Origin: Clostridia bacterium
GTDB lineage: Bacteria > Bacillota > Clostridia > Christensenellales > CAG-138
Assembly: GCA_035399665.1 (NCBI GenBank)
Contig: DAOPJM010000002.1
Location: forward strand, 13,484-77,483
DNA: 64,000 nt
Direction of reading: 5' to 3'
Below, in pieces: positions 57,812-64,000 of this stretch (the stretch's first letter is position 1; every line of letters starts with the position of its first letter). The translations under genes and the position numbers were made by a program. The notes below the pieces were generated by a model that was given only the letters and a program-made list of their open reading frames with translations, had not been told where the DNA came from and did not search any database.

Positions 57812-59467
57812 ATGGTGAAACAGAAAGATAAACTGAAGATAATCCCGCTGGGCGGGGTTGGAGAAATAGGAAAGAACATGACGATACTCGAGTATAACGA
57901 CGACATAGTCGTCATTGACTGCGGAGTATTCTTCCCCGATGATGATATGCCGGGGATAGATGTGGTGATGCCCGACATGAGCTATCTTGAGCAAAATCGC
58001 TCGAAGCTCAGGGGATATCTCATCACGCACGGACACGAGGACCATATAGGTGCTTTACCGTATGCCCTAAAGCGCTGCAAAGCGCCGGTGTACGGCACGA
58101 ATTTTACGATAGCGTTGATAGAGCATAAGCTCAATGAAGCGCATGTTTCGGGCTGTGAGCTGTGCTGTGTAAAGCCTTCTGACTGCATAGAGCTTGGATG
58201 CTTTAAGATAGAGTTCATCAAAACAAGCCACTCGATTGCGGGCGCGGTTGCGTTGGCCGTCAGAACACCCATAGGCACGGTTATTCACACGGGCGATTTT
58301 AAGATAGACCTAACGCCCATCGACGGCGAACCCATAGACATAAACCGCTTTGCGTACTACGGCACGAAGGGCGTTTTGGCGCTAATGTCGGACAGCACAA
58401 ACATAGAGCGCGCAGGGTATACTCAGTCCGAACGCGAGATAGGCAAGACCTTTGAGCATTATTTCGATATAGCGCAGGGCAGGGTTATAGTCGCTTCGTT
58501 CGCCTCTAACGTGTACCGCTTGCAGCAGGTCGCGGATGTTGCCATAGAGCATGGCAGGGTGATATGTTTTCAGGGCAGGAGCATGGAGCAAACCGTCGAG
58601 ATCGCGCAAAAGCTGGGATATCTGAACATCCCAAAGGATAAGATTGTCAGAGTGGAGCAGCTTGCAAAGATCAAGGACGACAAGGTATGCGTCATGACCA
58701 CGGGCAGTCAGGGTGAGCATATGAGCGGACTGTTCCGTATGGCGAACGACTCACACAGGCTCAATATCGGCAAGAAGGACATGGTCATAATCTCCGCCTC
58801 AGCAATACCCGGCAACGAGATAGGCGTGGGCAGGGTTATAAACGCCTTGTTTGCCAAGGGCGCGCATGTCGTTTATGACCGCATGGCCGACGTCCATGTT
58901 TCTGGTCACGCATGCAAGGAAGAGCTTAGACTGATGATGAACATCTGCAAACCCAGGTATTTCATACCGGTTCACGGCGAATATAGGCATCTGTTCATGC
59001 ATTCCGCGCTTGCCAAGGAGATGGGTATACCCGAGGATAAGATTTTTGTGCCGCAGCTTGGAGAGACGATAGAGCTTACCGCCAGAAAAGCAAGCGTTGG
59101 TGAACACGTCGCTTCGGGAAGCGTAATGGTGGACGGCTTGACCAACATCGAGGACGTTGTTGTAAAGGACAGAAAGCTTCTGTCGAGCGACGGAGTTGTG
59201 AGCGCAGTGATAACCATTGACAGCGAAACGGGCAGACGCATAGCTCCTATACACCTTGTGTCTCGCGGATTTGTGTACAACATGGAGGCCGATGAGCTGT
59301 TCAACAATGCTGTGAAGGTCTTAGAGCCGGTCACAGCCAAGCTTGAGGGCGCGGATAAGTCTCAATATGCCGCGATTAAGAACGAGATTCGGGCAAAGCT
59401 CAAGTCATTTCTGCAAAGCAAGACAAAACGTTTTCCCGTAATCATCATCACAATCACAGAGATTTAG
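57812..59467 (+). CDS. rnj: Ribonuclease J
   Basis: 551 aa with a metallo-beta-lactamase/beta-CASP fold and HGHEDHIG. AAGGAG RBS. Confidence 0.93.
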   Translation: MVKQKDKLKIIPLGGVGEIGKNMTILEYNDDIVVIDCGVFFPDDDMPGIDVVMPDMSYLEQNRSKLRGYLITHGHEDHIGALPYALKRCKAPVYGTNFTIALIEHKLNEAHVSGCELCCVKPSDCIELGCFKIEFIKTSHSIAGAVALAVRTPIGTVIHTGDFKIDLTPIDGEPIDINRFAYYGTKGVLALMSDSTNIERAGYTQSEREIGKTFEHYFDIAQGRVIVASFASNVYRLQQVADVAIEHGRVICFQGRSMEQTVEIAQKLGYLNIPKDKIVRVEQLAKIKDDKVCVMTTGSQGEHMSGLFRMANDSHRLNIGKKDMVIISASAIPGNEIGVGRVINALFAKGAHVVYDRMADVHVSGHACKEELRLMMNICKPRYFIPVHGEYRHLFMHSALAKEMGIPEDKIFVPQLGETIELTARKASVGEHVASGSVMVDGLTNIEDVVVKDRKLLSSDGVVSAVITIDSETGRRIAPIHLVSRGFVYNMEADELFNNAVKVLEPVTAKLEGADKSQYAAIKNEIRAKLKSFLQSKTKRFPVIIITITEI

Positions 59468-59477
59468 CGGAGGAACC

Positions 59478-59816
59478 ATGGTTTACGACAGCGCAAGAGC
59501 ATTGGCAAGGCAGATACGCACAAGCCAAGAATACAACGACTATAAGCAGGCTAAGGACAAGGCGTTCGAGAATGAGACAACGAAGGCTTTGGTCGAGCGG
59601 TATCACGCGCTTCAGGTGCAGGTACAAAGCTCGATGATGTCGGGTACGCAAAACGAAGTGCTTATGGCCGAGCTCAAGAAAGTAGGAGAGATACTTCAGT
59701 TCAACCCCGACGCCTCAGAGTATCTTATAGCAGAGTACAGGCTTGGTAAAATGCTTGCGGACGTGTATAAGATACTGGCCGATGCAGCCGAGATGGATCT
59801 TTCCATGCTGGGCTAA
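59478..59816 (+). CDS. YlbF/YmcA-family regulatory protein (UPF0342)
   Basis: 112 aa, all-helical, with an N-terminal pattern (ARALARQIRTSQEYNDYKQAK) typical of the Com_YlbF family. The family was recalled and not searched. Confidence 0.65.
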   Translation: MVYDSARALARQIRTSQEYNDYKQAKDKAFENETTKALVERYHALQVQVQSSMMSGTQNEVLMAELKKVGEILQFNPDASEYLIAEYRLGKMLADVYKILADAAEMDLSMLG

Positions 59817-59828
59817 AGGGCAATAGAG

Positions 59829-60974
59829 ATGCGAAAGACCGACAGAAAATCAACGGAGAGCGCGAATCGCAGACGTGAGGTGTGGAAGCGTTTGCGTCCA
59901 ATAGCAGCGTTTCTTATAGCGGCGACTATGGTTTCACTTGCCATAGTCGGCGCGGTCAACTACGTTCTGTCCATCTTTGTTTATCCCGTCGATTCCACTG
60001 ACGCCACGCCCATACAGGTGGTCATACCATCCGGGATGTCGGCGAGCGGGATTGCGAAGATTCTCGTCAATGCCTGCGGCGAGGGCGAGGAAGGGCTGAT
60101 AAAGGCTACCGCCTCATTTAAGATTTATGTTGACTTCGTCGGCAAGGCGAATAATCTAAAGGCGGGAACCTACTTCCTGTCCAAGAACATGAGCATATCG
60201 GAAATAGTCGATGTGCTGTGTGAGGGCAATTCCGTAAGGCAGACCGTCAGATTCACCATACCTGAGGGCTATACCGTTGAGGAGACAGCCAAGCTGTTAT
60301 ACGATCAGGGGATAATTACTGATACGGAGGCTTTCCTTGTATTGTGCGATAATCCTCAAACCTTCTCGAAGTACGAGTTCATTTCATCACAGAGCTTTGA
60401 GCAGGACAGGCGTTATGCGTTGGAGGGCTACTTGTTCCCCGATACCTATGAAGTATATACCGATGCAACAAGCGTTGAGATACTCTCCATGATGCTGGAT
60501 CGCTTCGATGAGATATACACACAGGAATACGCTGACAGAGCCGAGGAACTGGGCATGACACTTGACAGCATCATCTGCCTTGCGTCAATAATCGAACGCG
60601 AGGCACAGGTATCTGACGATTTTGCCAAGGTTTCCGCAGTATTTCATAATCGTCTTGCCGCCGGAATGAAGCTTGAATCCTGCGCTACTCTTTCATATGT
60701 AATGGGCGTGACCAGGTACAGCTTCAGCGAGGATGAGATAAGCACGATTTCTCCTTATAATACCTATCGTAATAATGGACTTCCCGTAGGGCCTATCTGC
60801 AATCCCGGAGTTGCGGCGATAGAAGCGGCCCTTTATCCGAACACGGAATATGCAGCGGAGAACTATCTGTACTTCTGTAACGGAAATCCTTCGGTGTCAA
60901 GAGAGCTGATATTCTCCAAGACCTATGAGGAGCATCTTGAGAACGTGGAGAGGTATTCGCCTTTCTGGAATTGA
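59829..60974 (+). CDS. mltG: Endolytic murein transglycosylase MltG (YceG-like)
   Basis: 381 aa with an N-terminal TM segment, the catalytic region LASIIEREA, and SPYNTYRNNGLPVGPICNPG. Confidence 0.9.
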   Translation: MRKTDRKSTESANRRREVWKRLRPIAAFLIAATMVSLAIVGAVNYVLSIFVYPVDSTDATPIQVVIPSGMSASGIAKILVNACGEGEEGLIKATASFKIYVDFVGKANNLKAGTYFLSKNMSISEIVDVLCEGNSVRQTVRFTIPEGYTVEETAKLLYDQGIITDTEAFLVLCDNPQTFSKYEFISSQSFEQDRRYALEGYLFPDTYEVYTDATSVEILSMMLDRFDEIYTQEYADRAEELGMTLDSIICLASIIEREAQVSDDFAKVSAVFHNRLAAGMKLESCATLSYVMGVTRYSFSEDEISTISPYNTYRNNGLPVGPICNPGVAAIEAALYPNTEYAAENYLYFCNGNPSVSRELIFSKTYEEHLENVERYSPFWN

Positions 60975-60980
60975 CGCGTA

Positions 60981-61007
60981 ATATTGACGAATTTTGAAGC
61001 ATACCCT
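60981..61007 (+). promoter_or_regulatory. Sporulation sigma-E/sigma-K-type promoter upstream of sigK
   Basis: tAATATT (ATATT at 60981-60985), a 14-nt spacer, then CATACCCT (61000-61007). Compare the remembered B. subtilis sigma-E consensus ATAxx-14-CATACAhT. The -10 region also fits the sigma-K pattern CATAnnnTA (CATACCCTA). Confidence 0.5.
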
Positions 61008-61029
61008 AAAATCACGAGAGGAGTGGGGT

Positions 61030-61707
61030 ATGCTTTCTTTTTTGTCTTTTCTTTTGGAAACGCTTTTACTTGTCGGAAGCCTGAAGAAGTCGGGTTCGTT
61101 CCCTCAACCCTTGAGTAAGGAGGAGGAAGCGGAGTGGACGGCGAAGCTCGGTACTGACGAGGAAGCAAGGGAGAAGCTGGTATTACACAATATGAGGCTT
61201 GTTGCTCATATCGCCAAAAAGTATGCGAAGCCCGGACGTGATATCGATGATCTGATTTCAATCGGAACGATAGGGTTGATTAAAGCGGTTTCAACCTTCA
61301 ATTTAGGCCGCGGCAATCTTTCAAACTATATCTCAAAGTGCGTTGAAAACGAGATACTTATGAGCCTTAGAACAGAGCGTAAAAAAGCGGGAGAGGTCTC
61401 AATGTATGAGCCTATCGGAACCGACAGGGAGGGCAATTCCCTTTCGCTTATGGATTTGATAGGTTCGGATTCGGAGGACATCTTCGAGACAGTAAACAGG
61501 AGAATGAATTCGGATTTGCTGATTGCTGCAATGCGTAAGTCTTTGTCGGAATGTGAACAAACAGTGCTTGAACTGCGTTTCGGGGTAGGGGGGAGCTTCC
61601 CTATGCCGCAGAGGGAGGTATCGGAACTGCTCGGTATCTCACGTTCCTATGTTTCCCGGATAGAAAAGCGCGCACTAGAGAAGCTCAGAAATGAAATGAA
61701 GGATTAA
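61030..61707 (+). CDS. sigK: Sporulation sigma factor SigK (pro-sigma-K), uninterrupted
   Basis: 225 aa from the ATG at 61030 (GAGAGGAGTGGGG RBS). It has a hydrophobic pro-sequence MLSFLSFLLETLLLVGSL followed by SFPQPLS. Other SigK-like blocks are LRLVAHIAKKY, DLISIGTIGLIKAV, ENEILMSLR and GISRSYVSRIEKRALEKL. These features favour SigK over SigE. Confidence 0.75.
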   Translation: MLSFLSFLLETLLLVGSLKKSGSFPQPLSKEEEAEWTAKLGTDEEAREKLVLHNMRLVAHIAKKYAKPGRDIDDLISIGTIGLIKAVSTFNLGRGNLSNYISKCVENEILMSLRTERKKAGEVSMYEPIGTDREGNSLSLMDLIGSDSEDIFETVNRRMNSDLLIAAMRKSLSECEQTVLELRFGVGGSFPMPQREVSELLGISRSYVSRIEKRALEKLRNEMKD

Positions 61708-61742
61708 GTATATAATTTGACGAAGAAAATCTATGTTATTTC

Positions 61743-61771
61743 TTGCTATATTGTAAAAACTGTGCTAAAAT
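61743..61771 (+). promoter_or_regulatory. Extended -10 sigma-70 promoter for the GNAT-TM gene
   Basis: TTGCTA (61743-61748), a 17-nt spacer, then TGc-TAAAAT (61766-61771), in an AT-rich spacer. Confidence 0.55.
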
Positions 61772-61820
61772 GATACTAAGAATCATTTCTAAATTTCAAT
61801 GAAAGCAGATGGAGGTAGAA

Positions 61821-62519
61821 ATGAGAAAGCTAAAAACATCGAGAACGCTTATACGTCCCTTAAGCGATAATGAGTTGTCCGCGATGATAGCTGAGCAGAA
61901 GGATGAGCATTTGAAAAACGCTTATACTGAGATGCTCGAGGGATGCAAAAATCACCCTAAGGACAGGCGTTGGTACTGTTGCTATCTTATTACGGACAAC
62001 AAAACAGGTGCAGCGATAGGGGACATATGCTTCAAGGGCGCACCAAAGGAGGGCGCGGTTGAGATTGGCATAGGAATCAATCCCGAATTCACAGGCAAGG
62101 GCTACGGCACGGAAACGATGAAGTATATGATAAATTGGGCGTTTAATCATGGCGCTTATATTGTTTATGCATTGGTGGAGAACGATAACCCGTCGTCAAT
62201 GAAGATGATGGACAAGCTGAATATGCGTCCTTACGGCAAGATGGATGACTGTTTGCTGTTTGCGGCTATAAAGCCCATCTCATATTACATAATCTGCTTT
62301 GTCATTGCCGCGACGGTGATCAGCGCCCTTGTATCGCTTAAGTGGGGACAGCTTGAAACCATGTCGATAGCAATACTTATCGGACTATTCTCTGGTATAG
62401 TCTTGGGCGGGATTTTTGATGCGGTAATAAACAAGAAACTGAAAACATATTCCGAGGTATGGAATAAATCTCACGGACAGGCGAACAATAATGCTTCAGA
62501 CGATAGCGGAACGAATTAG
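61821..62519 (+). CDS. GNAT-family (RimJ/RimL-like) N-acetyltransferase fused to two C-terminal transmembrane helices
   Basis: 232 aa from the ATG at 61821 (GGAGG RBS). It begins TLIRPLSDNEL and has the acetyl-CoA loop TGKGYGTE. It is followed by TM1 ISYYIICFVIAATVISALVSL, TM2 MSIAILIGLFSGIVLGGIF and a polar tail. Confidence 0.7.
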   Translation: MRKLKTSRTLIRPLSDNELSAMIAEQKDEHLKNAYTEMLEGCKNHPKDRRWYCCYLITDNKTGAAIGDICFKGAPKEGAVEIGIGINPEFTGKGYGTETMKYMINWAFNHGAYIVYALVENDNPSSMKMMDKLNMRPYGKMDDCLLFAAIKPISYYIICFVIAATVISALVSLKWGQLETMSIAILIGLFSGIVLGGIFDAVINKKLKTYSEVWNKSHGQANNNASDDSGTN

Positions 62520-63057
62520 AGCTGAAAAGAGCAAGGTTATAGTTATAGACGGCATGGCGGCTTCGGGCAAAAGCACGGCTGCCATGCTGCTTTCAAATGA
62601 GCTAAACGCCTCAGTGATTCATATGGATGACTTTTTTCTCCCCGCCGAGCTGCGCAACCCGAAGCGATTCGAGCAGGCGGGTGGCAACGTCCACTACGAA
62701 CGTTTCTTTGACGAGGTAGTGACCAAGCTTAAAGGCGACTCGCCCATTTTGTATAGACCTTTCGACTGTCACAGCATGGACTACAAGGCGGAGATAAAGC
62801 AGCCCTGCGGCGAGATTGTTATAATCGAGGGCTGTTATGCGATGCATCCGTACTTTGGGAAATATTGGGATTTAGCCCTTTTCTTCAAGGTTGATCCCGC
62901 TGTACAGAATTCAAGGATACTTCAAAGGAATGGGGAAGCGATGCTTGCCATGTTTCAAAGACGATGGATACCCCTTGAGCAGAACTATTTTGACAAATGT
63001 CATACCGAGGAAAAAGCCGATATGGTGATTAATGGCGAGCTGTTAGACCTGCGCTGA
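62491..63057 (+). CDS. P-loop nucleoside/nucleotide kinase family protein (uridine-kinase-like)
   Basis: 188 aa with Walker A IDGMAASGKST. It overlaps the GNAT gene by 29 nt. The specific substrate cannot be inferred. Confidence 0.5.
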   Translation: MLQTIAERIRAEKSKVIVIDGMAASGKSTAAMLLSNELNASVIHMDDFFLPAELRNPKRFEQAGGNVHYERFFDEVVTKLKGDSPILYRPFDCHSMDYKAEIKQPCGEIVIIEGCYAMHPYFGKYWDLALFFKVDPAVQNSRILQRNGEAMLAMFQRRWIPLEQNYFDKCHTEEKADMVINGELLDLR

Positions 63058-63161
63058 CAGGCAAAAGGACAACACGAAGGATAGTATGCAAGACGCTTTT
63101 GCACGGGTCAGATAAACGGGTCGTGACCTTTATGTGGCATTATTCGTTTACCGCATCGATA

Positions 63162-63190
63162 TATACAAATCGAAACGGGTATGATATAAT
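63162..63190 (+). promoter_or_regulatory. Extended -10 promoter abutting the recX start codon
   Basis: TATACA (63162-63167), a 17-nt spacer, then TGa-TATAAT (63185-63190). The -10 box ends 6 nt before the recX ATG. Confidence 0.5.
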
Positions 63191-63196
63191 CCAAGC

Positions 63197-63706
63197 ATGG
63201 AAGATAATAAGAGAACATCAAAAACGCCCATGGACACGGCCTTGAGGTATCTTGCCGCAAGACCGCGTACTGAGCGCGAGATGCTTGACTATCTGGATGA
63301 GAAGGGCTTCGGAGAATATGAAGTCGATTCGACGGTCGAGCGTTTACGCGAACTCGGTTATGTTGATGACGCCGCGTATGCTAAGAACTTCGTAAGCTCA
63401 AGACTAAGGTCAAAGCCGATAAGCAAAGCACACCTTTGGCGGCAGCTGTTGCAGCACAAGCTGGATAAGGAGCTAATAGAACAAGCATTACAAGGCGTTG
63501 ACGACGAGACAGAGCTTGAAAACGCGAGGCAAGTAGCCAAGAAGTATGCCCGTCAATTTTTGGCGCTTGATAAGTCGGAGCGCAAGAAGCGTGTGAGCGC
63601 AAGGCTGCAGGGACGCGGATTTTCTTTCTATGCAATAAGCCATGCAATAGCATTATTGGAAGATGAAAGCGGTGAAGGCTTCGATGAAACGGATTTTGAC
63701 GCCTGA
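63197..63706 (+). CDS. recX: Recombination regulator RecX
   Basis: 169 aa with helical repeats and an N-terminal pattern ALRYLAARPRTEREMLDYL...GYVDDAAYAKNFV. No Shine-Dalgarno sequence. Confidence 0.85.
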   Translation: MEDNKRTSKTPMDTALRYLAARPRTEREMLDYLDEKGFGEYEVDSTVERLRELGYVDDAAYAKNFVSSRLRSKPISKAHLWRQLLQHKLDKELIEQALQGVDDETELENARQVAKKYARQFLALDKSERKKRVSARLQGRGFSFYAISHAIALLEDESGEGFDETDFDA

Positions 63707-64000
63707 GCAAGCTCAGGCTTTTGACAGCTATCTTATACATCAGCTTGGGTTAAGCAGCTTGAACCTGATGTACAATGCCGCGTTGGGGCTGTGTCTTGCC
63801 GTGATCAGAAGCAACGGTGATAACAAGCCGGTTGTTTCGGTCTGCGGCAGGGGCAACAACGGCGGTGATGGTGTTGCGGCGGCTGTAATGCTGCATAAGT
63901 TCGGGTATCGTGTGCGAATTATCCTGCTCTGCCCTGAGGAGAGCTTGTCAAATGACAGCAAGCATTTTTTCGAGCAGGCAATAAGACTGCACATTCCTTG
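63684..64000 (+). CDS. nnr: NAD(P)H-hydrate epimerase (YjeF_N) domain of Nnr, 5' part only; it runs off the window end
   Basis: Hand translation from the ATG at 63684 gives MKRILTPEQAQAFDSYLIHQLGLSSLNLMYNAALGL...VCGRGNNGGDGVAAAVML. The GxGNNGGDG motif is present. It is not in the ORF track because there is no stop in the window. It overlaps the recX end by 23 nt. Confidence 0.8.
   Translation, partial: MKRILTPEQAQAFDSYLIHQLGLSSLNLMYNAALGLCLAVIRSNGDNKPVVSVCGRGNNGGDGVAAAVMLHKFGYRVRIILLCPEESLSNDSKHFFEQAIRLHIP

Overview
This 64-kb window comes from a moderately GC-rich, endospore-forming Firmicute of class Clostridia. The gene order looks Oscillospiraceae/Ruminococcaceae-like, but the taxon cannot be verified from the sequence alone. 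The window is more than 90% coding, with about 67 protein genes. I saw no rRNA, tRNA, CRISPR array, transposase, integrase or phage genes.

The left 16 kb is a metabolic block:
- A complete oxidative ornithine-degradation (Stickland) operon on the minus strand: ord-ortA-ortB-oraS-oraE-reactivase-orr.
- A purine-related group: a small TusA-like gene, guanine deaminase, a MocA/YgfJ-like nucleotidyltransferase and D-hydantoinase.
- A DUF4363/DUF421 pair.
- A split-alpha Na+-translocating oxaloacetate decarboxylase operon ending in pgsA.

The remaining 48 kb is classic core synteny on the plus strand:
- rimP-nusA-ylxR-ylxQ-infB-rbfA-nrnA-truB-ribF, then rpsO and pnp.
- A translationally coupled M16 peptidase-dUTPase-(HlyD-like)-yggS-sepF-divIVA-ygiQ chain.
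- yceD-rpmF, plsX-acpP, and rnc-smc-ftsY.
- ylxM-ffh-rpsP-KH-rimM-trmD-rplS, then rbgA-rnhB-yraN.
- comM, dprA, topA-trmFO, and rnj-ylbF-mltG.
- An uninterrupted sigK, recX, and the start of nnr.

I found no clear-cut novel system such as a defence island or mobile element. The candidates most worth a second look are:
1. A three-gene extracytoplasmic glycosylation module at 47.1-51.5 kb, wedged between yraN and comM. It has two different GT-C transferases, each with a lectin-like extra domain, plus a GtrA flippase and no cognate GT2.
2. An orphan membrane-fusion (HlyD-like) protein embedded in the yggS-sepF-divIVA operon.
3. A low-GC GNAT-2TM fusion gene with its own promoter.
4. Several RNA-level signals: an intrinsic terminator in the rimP-nusA leader, a 19-bp strand-specific hairpin between rpmF and plsX, a probable leaderless recX, and a sigma-E/K-type promoter in front of sigK.

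All family assignments rest on motif recognition and remembered family features. No database search was run.
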